A DNA stretch of 64,000 nucleotides from a candidate division WOR-3 bacterium (GCA_037441285.1 JBBISL010000001.1:1-64000); one strand, 5' to 3'; shown: positions 41,096 to 50,996, numbered from the stretch's first letter. A program made the numbers and translations. Notes: generated by a model not told the origin, from the sequence alone.

Positions 41096-42325
41096 CTACT
41101 TTATGAAAATGAACCGGATGGGTTTACCATTTTCCATTTGAAAGAAAACGCCGCTGGAAACCGGTTTGCCTTTAACAACTTTTCGGCCTGTGGCGTCGTA
41201 GAACTCACCGGTAATAAACAGTGAGCCCTGTGCTGGATTGGTAAGAATATTCGGCACCGGGTAGAACGCCTGTGGCTCAAAAATTGCCGGGGGGTAGGTA
41301 CCGTTGGCTTCAAGATACCGGGTAAGAATCTCGTTGCGGAAGCGTTCCGTAACCGCCGGGTTGGTCAAAATCAGTGTATTTTCATCGTTGTTGAAGTTGG
41401 CGTTTTGAGACCAATTGGCAGAACCGGTGATGATAAAGCTTGAGTCAATGAGCATAATTTTCTCATGCAGGACGCCGGCGCCAAATGGGACTGAGTCAAC
41501 AAGGATTGGAATGTGCCAGCTGCGCAGCCGCGGATATTCCGAAGCCGGGTCATTAGCACCGGCTTTGTCAATGGTGCCGGCAACGGTCAGTCCACGATTC
41601 CAGAGGGCGATTAATGTTTCACCGAGTGGGTCATAAGTAAAGGAGTTGATGGCGAAAAATATTTCACTGCGGGCACGGCCGGCAAATGCGGCAATGGTAT
41701 CAACCACGCGGTTTTGGGGTGAGAAATAGAGATATGCCGGATATCCATTGATAAGAAATTGATGGGATGGGAGAAAGTCCTGTTTTGAAGAATGAAAACG
41801 GGCGCTTTCCGGGACCGGATTTGGTCCCGTAGTACCCCACATCTGGTTGAATTCGGCAAGATAGGCAGCACCGAGCGCGCTATTTGGTATTTCGAGAGCG
41901 CAGTCGGCGAAGAGTTCATTCTGGTTGGGATTGTAAGAGGCAACCCAGAGAATGTCGTTTGTTGAGTCTTCATCGGCAAAATCCCGAATGGCAAATTTGT
42001 TGTGCATATAAGCCGAGCGTTCGGAAGAAACTGAGTCGGACCATACAGTGATACCGGCGGCACGCAGGTATGCGACCCATTCGTTGTTACGCCTTGAATC
42101 ATCGGTAATTACCCTGATTCGCACACCCCGGTTATGGGCATTGATTAAAGCAAGTGTGACATCGGCACGAGATGAGTTATAGCAACAGTAATCTATTGAA
42201 GAAGTTGCACCGTTAAAAAATTCAACAAGGCGTAAACCGATGCTGTCCTGAGCAAACCAGACTTTTATTGTATCGGGTGGTGATTGGACAAGAAAAAGAA
42301 AGAGGGATAAGAGATGCGTTATCAA
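41096..42325 (-). CDS. Secreted phospholipase D-family (Nuc-like) protein with short C-terminal sorting-like tail
   Basis: Two HKD motifs (HNKFAIRD, HEKIMLID...GSAN); signal-like N-terminus; tail YDATGRKV...SGVFF. Confidence 0.82.
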   Translation of the reverse strand: MITHLLSLFLFLVQSPPDTIKVWFAQDSIGLRLVEFFNGATSSIDYCCYNSSRADVTLALINAHNRGVRIRVITDDSRRNNEWVAYLRAAGITVWSDSVSSERSAYMHNKFAIRDFADEDSTNDILWVASYNPNQNELFADCALEIPNSALGAAYLAEFNQMWGTTGPNPVPESARFHSSKQDFLPSHQFLINGYPAYLYFSPQNRVVDTIAAFAGRARSEIFFAINSFTYDPLGETLIALWNRGLTVAGTIDKAGANDPASEYPRLRSWHIPILVDSVPFGAGVLHEKIMLIDSSFIITGSANWSQNANFNNDENTLILTNPAVTERFRNEILTRYLEANGTYPPAIFEPQAFYPVPNILTNPAQGSLFITGEFYDATGRKVVKGKPVSSGVFFQMENGKPIRFIFIK

Positions 42326-42527
42326 GTCGAAGGTAATGTTTGACAGGAGCCAGTTAGATGGTGAAAGTAAATATTTCTTAAAATTCGCAATGGAATTAAT
42401 CTCGCATTACAGTGCATCACCATATTCTTATCTAATCTATTTTAGTCATTGTTGAATAATTGTCAATGTTCGGGACAAAACTTGACAGCAATTGAATTGG
42501 TGGATAATTTTGAACAGGAGGCATAGT

Positions 42528-43100
42528 ATGAAATTAATTGGCAGGCTAGTTGCAATTGGTTTGTTTTTGTGCTATTGTGGCGGAGCAAAGCCAACTCCCA
42601 AAGTAGCCCAAATAGAAAAAAGTGATTCCGGTTCTCTTCCGAGGGTGCAGCTTTTAAGCCCGGCGTTTGCCCCAGAAGCGAAAATACCGGTTCGCTATAC
42701 AGGTGATGGCGAAGATATCTCTCCGGAGATAGTTTGGGACAGTGTTCCTGACGGAGTAAAGAGTTTTGCCCTGATTTGTACCGACCCGGATGCACCGCTC
42801 GGCACATTTGTTCACTGGGTGATTTACAATATTCCCGGTGAGGTTCATCGGTTGCCTGAAGGGGTAGTAAAAAAAGAGCAACTCGACGACGGAACTAAAC
42901 AGGGCGTAAACTCTTTTCAACGCGTCGGTTATAACGGGCCAAAACCGCCACCCGGAAAACCGCATCGCTACATTTTCCAGTTGTACGCGCTTGATACAAT
43001 ACTTGATTTACCGCCCGGAGCTTCCGCCGGGAAACTTCAGGAGGCAATGACCGGTCATATCCGGGCTAAGGCACAGTTGATAGGGATTTATGGCAGATAA
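42528..43100 (+). CDS. YbhB/YbcL (PEBP/RKIP-like) protein
   Basis: DPDAP.G.FVHW, YNGP.PP.G.PHRY.F..YALD; SD aggagg before ATG 42528. Confidence 0.92.
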   Translation: MKLIGRLVAIGLFLCYCGGAKPTPKVAQIEKSDSGSLPRVQLLSPAFAPEAKIPVRYTGDGEDISPEIVWDSVPDGVKSFALICTDPDAPLGTFVHWVIYNIPGEVHRLPEGVVKKEQLDDGTKQGVNSFQRVGYNGPKPPPGKPHRYIFQLYALDTILDLPPGASAGKLQEAMTGHIRAKAQLIGIYGR

Positions 43101-43620
43101 AGAAAAACGATTTACTCAACTGGACAACTTGTCTCGAGAGGATTTAATCGGTCTACTGGAAGATGCTGCTAAAAACTGGCTGGCGCACGACGGGTTGTGG
43201 TTTCAGGCGGTGGAGTCAAAATTCGGGATGGACGCAGCGATTGAACTTGACCGTGAGGCGTGGCGCCGGTTCACGGTTATTGAGGCAAACCGGATTATGG
43301 AGCGGCATAAGATTTTGCCGGGCGGTGGTATTCCAGCGCTTGTCAGGGCACTGTCTTACCGTCTTTATGCCTATATCAATCGCCAGGAGGTACTTGAGGC
43401 CGGTCCAGACCGGGTTGTGTTCCGGATGAATGACTGCCGGGTACAAAGTGCGCGGCAACGTAAAGGATTGCCCGATTTTCCCTGCAAACCAGTAGGACTT
43501 GTTGAATACGAGTGGTTTGCGAAAACGATTGATGAACGGATTGAGACAAGGTGCCTTTATTGCCCGCCTGATAAGCATCCCGCAGATACCTGGTGTGCCT
43601 GGGAGTTTGTGATTAGATGA
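43090..43620 (+). CDS. DUF6125-like hypothetical protein
   Basis: AKNWLAHDGLWFQAVE, CRVQ.AR.RKG...FPCK, C..CPPD.HP...WC.WEF. Confidence 0.7.
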   Translation: MADKEKRFTQLDNLSREDLIGLLEDAAKNWLAHDGLWFQAVESKFGMDAAIELDREAWRRFTVIEANRIMERHKILPGGGIPALVRALSYRLYAYINRQEVLEAGPDRVVFRMNDCRVQSARQRKGLPDFPCKPVGLVEYEWFAKTIDERIETRCLYCPPDKHPADTWCAWEFVIR

Positions 43621-44327
43621 AAAACGAGTCGGGAGCAGAGCGCCGGCGATTTACAATGCGGGACCTGCCGGTTGCTGAACGGCCGCGAGAGCGGTTGCTG
43701 CGTTACGGTGCCGATAAACTGTCGGGCGAGGAGTTACTGGCGGTTTTGATCAGCCGTGGTACCAGCGGAGTTCCGGTGCGTGACATCGCTCATGAACTAC
43801 TGGTCCAATTTGGTTCAATCGCAGCAATTGCCGATGCAACGATTGAAGAGTTAAAGCGCGTGTCGGGAATCGGGACGGCAAAAGCGTGCCAGATTAAAGC
43901 GGCGTTTGAGCTGGCGCGACGGTTTCAGGAAAGCCTCACCCCTGATGCCCGGGAGGCTTTGACTTCACCGGAGGCGGTGGTTCGACTGATCAAGCCGAGG
44001 TTAGTGGAGAGAAAGAAGGAGTGTTTTTTTACGGTGCTTCTTGATGCGCGTAACCGGCACATCCGCACCGAGCAGGTTTCGGTCGGAAGCCTTGATGCAA
44101 CAATCGCCCATCCCCGTGAGGTGTTTGACCCAGCGGTGCATGACCACGCCCCTTCAATTATTGTGGTTCACAACCATCCTTCAGGCGACCCAACACCATC
44201 TAATGAAGACATCAGTCTTACCCGACGCTTGAGTGAAGCCGGCAAAGTTTTAGGAATTAAACTCCTTGACCATATCATCATCGCCGGCGAAAAGTATTAC
44301 AGTTTTCGGGCTCAGGGGTTGATATAA
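43617..44327 (+). CDS. radC: RadC-family JAB-domain protein
   Basis: ERPRERL, HhH GIG.AKA, HPREVF, HNHPSGD..PS..D, LLDHIII. Confidence 0.93.
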   Translation: MKNESGAERRRFTMRDLPVAERPRERLLRYGADKLSGEELLAVLISRGTSGVPVRDIAHELLVQFGSIAAIADATIEELKRVSGIGTAKACQIKAAFELARRFQESLTPDAREALTSPEAVVRLIKPRLVERKKECFFTVLLDARNRHIRTEQVSVGSLDATIAHPREVFDPAVHDHAPSIIVVHNHPSGDPTPSNEDISLTRRLSEAGKVLGIKLLDHIIIAGEKYYSFRAQGLI

Positions 44328-44329
44328 GC

Positions 44330-44554
44330 TTATAGCGGTTCAGGCGGGGGCCAGACCGCCATACAGGTAGGATTAGCACAGCGTACCGCTTCCGGAGCGG
44401 TCATTTGAAGACAGCGCGGGCAGGGAGATGAGTGAATCGTGCCGCTGGGGTCAAGTTCGGCTTCCTCTTCCCAGTTGTAGTCACACTTAGCGCAGAAGTA
44501 TTCAGCCCAGGTTTCTTTACCATTACAATTTGGACAGCGACAGCGCTGATTCAT
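44330..44554 (-). CDS. Small multi-CxxC zinc-ribbon protein (74 aa)
   Basis: CPNC, CAKC, CPRC, CANPTC; own promoter TTGACC-N16-TATCAT (44591-44564) 9 nt before the ATG. Confidence 0.65.
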   Translation of the reverse strand: MNQRCRCPNCNGKETWAEYFCAKCDYNWEEEAELDPSGTIHSSPCPRCLQMTAPEAVRCANPTCMAVWPPPEPL

Positions 44555-44599
44555 GCTTACAATATGATACACCATTTTAAGCCATGGTCAAGCAAATTA

Positions 44600-45925
44600 T
44601 CAGCGGCTGAGGCGTGGGCTCCAGGTTGGATATTGGGCACCGCCAGTACGGGTAATTTGTCGTTGATTGGCACCGTTCCAGTCCATCGTGTAAATTTCCC
44701 AAACGCCAGTGCGATTGGATGCAAAAGCAAGGTGCAAACCATCAGGAGACCAAACCGGGTCTTCGTTGTTGCCGGCACTGGTCAATCTCAGGTAAGTATC
44801 GCCAAGAATGTTGGTAACACAGATTTGATTCGAGCCCTCGGGCTGGCGTTGAACAAAGGCAATCAAATCGCCTTTAGGCGACCAGGCAGGTGAAGTGTTG
44901 TAGGAACCGGAAAAGGTCAATCGACGCTGGTCAGTACCATCGATATTCATTATGTAAATCTGGGGCGTGCCAGTACGGTCGGAGACAAAGGCAATTTCTC
45001 TGCCATTGGGTGAAAAGGTAGGGGAGATGTCGATTGCCGGACTGTTGGTAAGTCGGCGGATGTTTTTGCTCGTGGCGTCCATTAAATAAATCTCGGAGTT
45101 GCCTTCATAAGTGAGTGAGACGGCAACGAATTTGCCATCCGGTGAGAAGGCAGGTGTTGTGTTAAGTCCTTTGCGGTCAGAAAGTGTTGTTACCCGGCGA
45201 GAGTTAAGGTCAAGGCAGTAGATATTTAACGAACGGTCGGAGTACGAACAGTAGGCGATGCGGTCACCTTTGGGTGACCAGTCGGGATACAACTTCAGTC
45301 CACCCGACGATGTCAGTTGCTCGACTCCTCCTCCATCGTAGTCCACCACCGCCAATTCTTTGTGACCGGGACCGATGTTCCGGGAAAAGGCGATACGGGT
45401 GCAACTGACTCCATCCTCACCGGTTAAAAGCTTTATTACTTCATCTGCCATTTTATGGGCAACCCAGCGATAGTTACCGGTAAGCGAGTAACTTTTAGTT
45501 GCGATTAGTTTGGAACTGGCAAGGTCATACAGTCGCAAAACGATTCCGGTGCCACCTTTTTTTATAACAAAGTCTCCGCAGATTAGTACCTCGGCGCCGG
45601 TTGTTGACCAGCCTTTGAGGTCCGGTTTCTTCTGGTCGGTAGAAAAGTTGTAAACCTCGCCCGATTCAGGTTCTTCAAAACTGAAGTAAAGGGAGAAGCG
45701 CAGGTCGGCTGTAAAAACATCCTGAATCGCCTTTATCAGCGCTGTGGTTTCCGGTTTTGTGCCTTTCGGAATAGTAAAATCGGCAATGACGAGAGACATA
45801 AGTTTGCGGGTGCCAGAAAGTGTTATTTTGAGCCACAGCTCATCCGCCGAGTATGTTTGTTTCGGTGTTGTATCCGGAACCTGATTGAGCAGGATTAAAA
45901 GAGTGGCGGTAAAGGAGAAAAACAT
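44600..45925 (-). CDS. tolB: Tol-Pal system beta-propeller protein TolB
   Basis: TolB N-domain (DL..S..F, AH..ADE), six PD40-like repeats (P.WSP.G). Start moved to ATG 45925, which gives a signal peptide. Confidence 0.88.
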   Translation of the reverse strand: MFFSFTATLLILLNQVPDTTPKQTYSADELWLKITLSGTRKLMSLVIADFTIPKGTKPETTALIKAIQDVFTADLRFSLYFSFEEPESGEVYNFSTDQKKPDLKGWSTTGAEVLICGDFVIKKGGTGIVLRLYDLASSKLIATKSYSLTGNYRWVAHKMADEVIKLLTGEDGVSCTRIAFSRNIGPGHKELAVVDYDGGGVEQLTSSGGLKLYPDWSPKGDRIAYCSYSDRSLNIYCLDLNSRRVTTLSDRKGLNTTPAFSPDGKFVAVSLTYEGNSEIYLMDATSKNIRRLTNSPAIDISPTFSPNGREIAFVSDRTGTPQIYIMNIDGTDQRRLTFSGSYNTSPAWSPKGDLIAFVQRQPEGSNQICVTNILGDTYLRLTSAGNNEDPVWSPDGLHLAFASNRTGVWEIYTMDWNGANQRQITRTGGAQYPTWSPRLSR

Positions 45926-45934
45926 AGAAAGATG

Positions 45935-45963
45935 ATTATAGAGGAGAAAGTTCAGGGGGTCAA
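45935..45963 (-). promoter_or_regulatory. Sigma70-type promoter of tolB
   Basis: TTGACC-N17-TATAAT, 9 nt before the ATG. Confidence 0.7.
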
Positions 45964-46011
45964 GATTTATTGTTTTCCTGGTGCGTTGTGCGCAATATTC
46001 TATTGCTTTTG

Positions 46012-46039
46012 TTGACTCTAACTGTTCAATTGCTATAAT
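46012..46039 (+). promoter_or_regulatory. Sigma70-type promoter of the double zinc-ribbon gene
   Basis: TTGACT-N16-TATAAT, 6 nt before GTG 46046. Confidence 0.65.
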
Positions 46040-46045
46040 ATAGCG

Positions 46046-46324
46046 GTGCACGGGAAGGGCGGGAAATTGTTTTTGTGTCACCATTGTGGTGGCAACGTAC
46101 CCAATTACAGTTATTTTTGTCCTTTTTGTGGTCGGCGAACTAACAAAAAAAGCATTCCAGAAAAAAAACCTATCCACGGTCAAAGAAAAATGCAACGATT
46201 AATTGCACCCCTGCGCTGCAGCGCTTTTCAGCATGAACTTTTGCTTCGGCTTTTTCATTACCGGTTCTGTCCTGAATGCGGGATGGAACTTTGCTGGGGT
46301 CCGCCTGGTTTGGAACCGCTGTAG
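46046..46324 (+). CDS. Small double zinc-ribbon-like protein (92 aa)
   Basis: CHHCG, FCPFCG, CSAFQH, FCPECG; fills the gap between tolB and the next operon; has its own promoter. Confidence 0.65.
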   Translation: MHGKGGKLFLCHHCGGNVPNYSYFCPFCGRRTNKKSIPEKKPIHGQRKMQRLIAPLRCSAFQHELLLRLFHYRFCPECGMELCWGPPGLEPL

Positions 46325-46325
46325 T

Positions 46326-46952
46326 TTATCGAATTAATGGAAGCCAGTCGTGAAACAGGAAGTAGAAACGACCAATCAAAAGTGAGATACGAGCCATTAC
46401 GGTGTAGCCAAATGAGGCACCGAATGCCACCATAATAAAAACAATTCCAATGCGGGAAAGAATTCCGAGAACCCCGGTGTGTTCTCGGGAAAAGTAGAAG
46501 TAGGTCAGAGTGGTAATAACCCCGATGTAGATTACCGCGTTGTTTAAGGTTATTAAAGGACGCAATGTGTCGGATATCTGGGGTAAGAGATAACCCTGTA
46601 CACCCGCAATTAGCCCCAACCCGGCGCCGATACCGATAGTAAAAGATATGGGCCAGCGCGAAAGCCAGACCAGTTTTGGTATTGAACGCAAAAGCATTAC
46701 TAGTCCAAGTAGCGCCGGGATGATAAGGATGTAGGCTTCAAAGTAGTTGCGAGCGTTGAGGTTGGTTTTGAAGGCATCAATGAGCATCGGGTAAACATCA
46801 AATGCCCAGGCATAGATGACGGCGAAACCGGCAGAGATACCAACATAGATATGTTCGGCGGCTCGATAGAGCGGATTGTCTTTGTAGAGAAATGAGAATA
46901 TGGCGATAGTTAAGGTTGCCGCAATCCAGGTGCCGATGGTATCAGAAAGCAT
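46326..46952 (-). CDS. Uncharacterised integral membrane protein (4-gene cluster, gene 4)
   Basis: About 6 TM helices; SFLYKDNPLYR.AEHIYVG, YFYFS, FGA.FG.TVM.R.S. Confidence 0.8.
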   Translation of the reverse strand: MLSDTIGTWIAATLTIAIFSFLYKDNPLYRAAEHIYVGISAGFAVIYAWAFDVYPMLIDAFKTNLNARNYFEAYILIIPALLGLVMLLRSIPKLVWLSRWPISFTIGIGAGLGLIAGVQGYLLPQISDTLRPLITLNNAVIYIGVITTLTYFYFSREHTGVLGILSRIGIVFIMVAFGASFGYTVMARISLLIGRFYFLFHDWLPLIR

Positions 46953-46959
46953 TTTATGT

Positions 46960-47781
46960 CTACCTCTTCTTCTTTCGGGAAAGGAGAAAACCGATATTGC
47001 CGATGATAAGTAGTAAAATCAGAAGGCCATGAGCCGCTGATTGGGCGGGCATTCCCAGTGTCGCAGAGCCAGGTTTTTCAACCAGTGTTTCGTATTCTGA
47101 TGCACCTTGGAGCCCACCGATTATTCCTTCAATTTGATGGGCGCTGTAATACTGAAACATCCCCGGCGCATTGACACCAGTACAACCGACAATGATTTTC
47201 TCTTTAAAACGGGCACCAGCATACTGAATCCAGGCATCGGCGACTGCGCCGTGGGCTAATGAAACAAGCAGGGCGATATCGTGGTAGTTGTGAACATTGC
47301 GCATAAATTCGAAACTGTCAAGCGGTATCCCCCGGTAATCGGTTTTAAAAAAGTCACGAATTTCCCGCCCGATGCCGACCATCATTGCGGCATAACCCGG
47401 GCGATAGCCAATGTTAACATAATCCTTCCCGTACACCTTCTGGTATTCAGGTGCTACCTGGTTTAAAGCAATTTCCCCGAGCGGTAAGCCAAGTGCCAGT
47501 TGTCCGGTGAGAATAACCCTAATGTTTTTTCTGAAACAGTGGCGCAATAGGGCGATAAGCATCGGTTGAACTTCAGGGGCGGAGGAAGGGTCAAAATCAA
47601 TGGAAATCATTACTACCGAATTGGGCGGAAGTTGTTCGATTGCGTTGTAGGCAGCACGCACCGGCTCCGATATACGAACGGCGATTTTGGGTTTGATTAT
47701 TAAAGGAAGAATCACTATTAAAGTAAGAATGGCGTAGATAATGCGACGGTCAATTGTTGCAAGGCGTTCCCAAAGTTTCAT
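46960..47781 (-). CDS. Uncharacterised membrane-anchored alpha/beta-domain protein (4-gene cluster, gene 3)
   Basis: N- and C-terminal TM helices; IDRRIIY, YGKDYVNIGY.PG, G.IGGL.GA.EYE. Start moved to ATG 47781, adjacent to the upstream stop. Confidence 0.78.
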   Translation of the reverse strand: MKLWERLATIDRRIIYAILTLIVILPLIIKPKIAVRISEPVRAAYNAIEQLPPNSVVMISIDFDPSSAPEVQPMLIALLRHCFRKNIRVILTGQLALGLPLGEIALNQVAPEYQKVYGKDYVNIGYRPGYAAMMVGIGREIRDFFKTDYRGIPLDSFEFMRNVHNYHDIALLVSLAHGAVADAWIQYAGARFKEKIIVGCTGVNAPGMFQYYSAHQIEGIIGGLQGASEYETLVEKPGSATLGMPAQSAAHGLLILLLIIGNIGFLLSRKKKR

Positions 47782-47782
47782 A

Positions 47783-48487
47783 TCAAGATGAGAGATAAGT
47801 GCGTTCAATTCCGAGGATAATGCGCAGCGACATCGCAATTCCACCCAGGGCAAGTCCGATACCAATACCTCTCCCGGCGGCGGCTTGAGGTATTGCCATC
47901 AACCAGTCTTTTATCTGGGCAAAGAGTTCAATTCGATACAGGGCATTGAGGTCGGCGTTAGGAAAAAGAAGATGGACGAATCGGCTGATTGACTGCCAGA
48001 TGGAACTGCCAAGAGGCACATTGCCCAGCATTACCAAACAGGCGGCAATTAAAAGCAAGGTAGCGGCAAGATTCCGAATGCGAAATGCTCGATAAGCAGC
48101 CGAGAAGATGAAAAAGGCGAGGGTGGCAAACATCGTCGCCTGCAGCGGGATAATCATATACTTGTAGAGCCACATAAATGGGGCACGTAAAGCGAAGGGG
48201 CTGGAAAATTTCACCCAGGAATAAAGCCCAAGTCCCAGAGTTGCAAAGAGGCTTAAGACTAAAAGAAGACTGTAGAACCAACCTTTTTCACGGCGGATTA
48301 CCTTAAGTAAATGGTGTCGCGTCAAAGAATCAAGCCCTAAAAGAAAGGTAAAACCAGAGATTATTGCGTACCAGTTTAGGAAACGAGATTCGAGATTACC
48401 GAAAGGTTTATGCGGTATAAAAAAGGCAACGATTAACAATAGGGCGGTAAAGAGGACAATGAAAAGCGGAATATTGCGCTGGAGCAT
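47783..48487 (-). CDS. Uncharacterised integral membrane protein (4-gene cluster, gene 2)
   Basis: About 6 TM helices; PLQATMF.TLAFFI.SAAYRAFRIR, ending LRIILGIER.YL. Confidence 0.8.
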   Translation of the reverse strand: MLQRNIPLFIVLFTALLLIVAFFIPHKPFGNLESRFLNWYAIISGFTFLLGLDSLTRHHLLKVIRREKGWFYSLLLVLSLFATLGLGLYSWVKFSSPFALRAPFMWLYKYMIIPLQATMFATLAFFIFSAAYRAFRIRNLAATLLLIAACLVMLGNVPLGSSIWQSISRFVHLLFPNADLNALYRIELFAQIKDWLMAIPQAAAGRGIGIGLALGGIAMSLRIILGIERTYLSS

Positions 48488-48490
48488 AGA

Positions 48491-49630
48491 CTAAGAGGGT
48501 GGTGCAAACCAGTTGACAATTGCTTCGAACACCTGTTGCAGCGTTGGAACCTGTTTGTTGAAAAGCGCGGCGATGGTACCAAAGAAGACGAGGGCAGAAA
48601 TGATAACAATCAAGACCATTTTGATGAAATCTTCACCTTTGATTGTGCCCAGCATTACTGGTTCTGGTTTGAGATAGCAGGAGGCGGCGTAAATCTCTTC
48701 ACCAATCATCGTGTAGTCACAAGCGGCAACAAAGAAAGGTAACTGGGTGGTTTCGGTTGTACCGGCAAGTTGAATGGCACCTACTGTGTGTCCGGTCTCT
48801 GCAAGGATGAGGGACTCGGCATAAAAATACCCGAGCCAGAAAATCGCACCTGGGCGTTCCCGCAGAATAATACCATCGACCCCGGCGGCGTAGCCGAACT
48901 GGTCCGAAGTCAGAAAGGTGATGTTATCCGGATTGTAAAGGTCGGGGCGACCTGCTTCGGTGTATGCCTCTTTGACCGTTTCCTGGGCTGCGGTCATTAC
49001 AATCGGGTCGGAGTTAGGGACGATTAAACGGACCGCATATTCCGCAGACTTTTTGCCAATTCGACGCAAAAGCGGTAGCGCAGCGATGACTACCATATCG
49101 GTTATGTAGCCCAGACCAAAACTAAATAAAATCGGTTTGCCCATTTCTGTAGCTCGGCCCAGGGCATCATCAATTGCATCGAGACCGCTGATTTTTCTAA
49201 TAAACATCCTGATTCCTCTGCGTGCCCGTATGATATAATAGAGAAACAATGCTGAAATTATCAAAGTCAAAATTAGGACATTTAATCGACCGGTGTTAAA
49301 CCATTGGGCACGGGAAGTTACAGGTCCGGCAATATCAGAATCTGCGGAATCGGTTGCTGAATAGGCACGGACAAGATAGTAATAAGCGACACCGTCTCTT
49401 AACAAGGTGTCGGTATCGAGATAGTCAGTACGGTTCAGAAGTTCAGCATCAACGGGCGAAAAATTTTCCGTTGGTGAGGTTGAGCGGAATATCCGAAAGC
49501 CGAGGATTGATTCCGGCGCCGGATGAGTCCATGTTATTACAATCGCCTGCCCCTGGTCATTGGGGTTGTCTTTAACTAACACCGACGCTGGGGGTGTTAG
49601 GGCAAATAGGGTCAAAAAGAGATGTAACAT
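48491..49630 (-). CDS. Fn3-like domain plus DUF6754-like membrane protein (4-gene cluster, gene 1)
   Basis: Signal, D.PND.G..I..TW...YYY.VRA (Fn3-like), TM, IRKISGLDAIDDALGRATEMGKP, QLPFFVAACDY..IGEE.YAA. Promoter TTGACA-N16-TATCCT at 49678-49651. Confidence 0.75.
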   Translation of the reverse strand: MLHLFLTLFALTPPASVLVKDNPNDQGQAIVITWTHPAPESILGFRIFRSTSPTENFSPVDAELLNRTDYLDTDTLLRDGVAYYYLVRAYSATDSADSDIAGPVTSRAQWFNTGRLNVLILTLIISALFLYYIIRARRGIRMFIRKISGLDAIDDALGRATEMGKPILFSFGLGYITDMVVIAALPLLRRIGKKSAEYAVRLIVPNSDPIVMTAAQETVKEAYTEAGRPDLYNPDNITFLTSDQFGYAAGVDGIILRERPGAIFWLGYFYAESLILAETGHTVGAIQLAGTTETTQLPFFVAACDYTMIGEEIYAASCYLKPEPVMLGTIKGEDFIKMVLIVIISALVFFGTIAALFNKQVPTLQQVFEAIVNWFAPPS

Positions 49631-49736
49631 TAGAAGCAGTCCTGTTTTTGAGGATAGCGACAATTTTGTTTATGTCAAATTGATTTTTCTTGACCGGAAT
49701 GAATTAGCAGTTATCATATGATGAAAATTAAAGTTT

Positions 49737-50996
49737 TTGAGGCATAATAAGTTTAGTTTTGGACCACGGACCCTGCAGGTCTATTTTGTCATTGGTTTGA
49801 TTGGGCTTGCTGGTGTCTGGTTTTTCTATTCTCAATTTTTGCTGCTAAGACTTTCGCGCCTGTGGCGCGATTATGCAACTACCCTCTTGACCCAACTGGA
49901 GAACGAAACCCAGGTACGGACCAATATTTATGCCAAGTTTATGAGCCGGATAACCGAACCAGGTGAACCCGGTTCGCCAGAACTGGACATTATCTTCGAC
50001 GAGGTGATTCAGAAAATCGACTTTCCGGTGGTAATTACTGACCCCAATGGAGTACCTATCGCCTATCGGAATTTGCCTGTATCTGATACAAGTCAAAGTG
50101 GACTGTTGAAAGTTGTCGCGGAACTGGACCAAGAGCACGAGCCGATTCCAGTTCTAATAAGGGAAGGTGATTCGCTGCGCTGTTTGAATGTGATTCACTA
50201 TGGGGTCTCGCCTTCGACGGTAACTTTGCGGAAGATTAGCGTTAGTTTGGCAAATTCGGTGCGGCAGTTGCGTTTGTTTTCTTTTGTCCAGTTGGTTTTG
50301 TTCTTAGGCTTTATGCTCATTGGTATCTGGGGGGTTCTAACATACAAGCGGCAGGAGGAGGAGCATATCTGGACCGCACTCGCCAAGGAAACAGCGCATC
50401 AACTGGCAACCCCAATATCTTCTTTTTCCGCCTGGCTCGAGATGCTTAAAGAGAACGGACAAAAAGAGATTGTGTCGCAGATGGAAGAGGACCTAACGCG
50501 AATGAAAGAGGTGCTTTCGCGATTCAGTCGCATCGGGTTGCCGCCCGACCTCGAGTTGCAACAGCTGGGGGATTTAATCCGGCATTCGGTTGAGTTCGTG
50601 CAGCGCCGTTCACCTCAGGGGGTGTGTTTCCAGGTCGCAATTGAAAACGACCCATTGGTTAAGGTTGATGGCGTACTTTTTTCCTGGACACTGGAAAACC
50701 TTTTGAAGAACAGTGTGGATGCGATTGGTGAACGGGAGGGCAAAGTGCGGGTGCGATTAGCTTTGACCCCAGACCACCGTTTTGCCGAAATCTCAGTTAC
50801 CGATACTGGGGAAGGTGTGAAGATAGCAAAACTGTTTGAGCCCGGTGTGACCACGAAACCTTATGGTTGGGGTGTAGGGTTGACACTGGCAAGGCGAATT
50901 GTTGAAGGGTACCATCAGGGACGGTTAATTCTAAAGGAGTCACACCCGGGACGAACGGTTTTTGCCATCTATCTGCCGGTAGAAAGAGAGGAATAA
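49737..50996 (+). CDS. Membrane-bound sensor histidine kinase
   Basis: Two TM helices; AKETAHQLATPIS H-box, ENLLKNSVDA N-box, DTGEG, GWGVGL. Confidence 0.92.
   Translation: MRHNKFSFGPRTLQVYFVIGLIGLAGVWFFYSQFLLLRLSRLWRDYATTLLTQLENETQVRTNIYAKFMSRITEPGEPGSPELDIIFDEVIQKIDFPVVITDPNGVPIAYRNLPVSDTSQSGLLKVVAELDQEHEPIPVLIREGDSLRCLNVIHYGVSPSTVTLRKISVSLANSVRQLRLFSFVQLVLFLGFMLIGIWGVLTYKRQEEEHIWTALAKETAHQLATPISSFSAWLEMLKENGQKEIVSQMEEDLTRMKEVLSRFSRIGLPPDLELQQLGDLIRHSVEFVQRRSPQGVCFQVAIENDPLVKVDGVLFSWTLENLLKNSVDAIGEREGKVRVRLALTPDHRFAEISVTDTGEGVKIAKLFEPGVTTKPYGWGVGLTLARRIVEGYHQGRLILKESHPGRTVFAIYLPVEREE

Noticed and set aside
43617..44327. radC as a marker of a mobile element
   Set aside because: Full-length chromosomal type with an HhH region, translationally coupled to ordinary genes; no mobility genes nearby.
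45926..46195. 90-aa N-terminal extension of TolB in the ORF track (and similar extensions at 6248, 9279, 17202, 28381, 29273, 37522, 42492, 47865, 49663)
   Set aside because: The extensions run through promoters, the structured RNA or neighbouring genes. Downstream starts have an SD, a promoter or a signal peptide.
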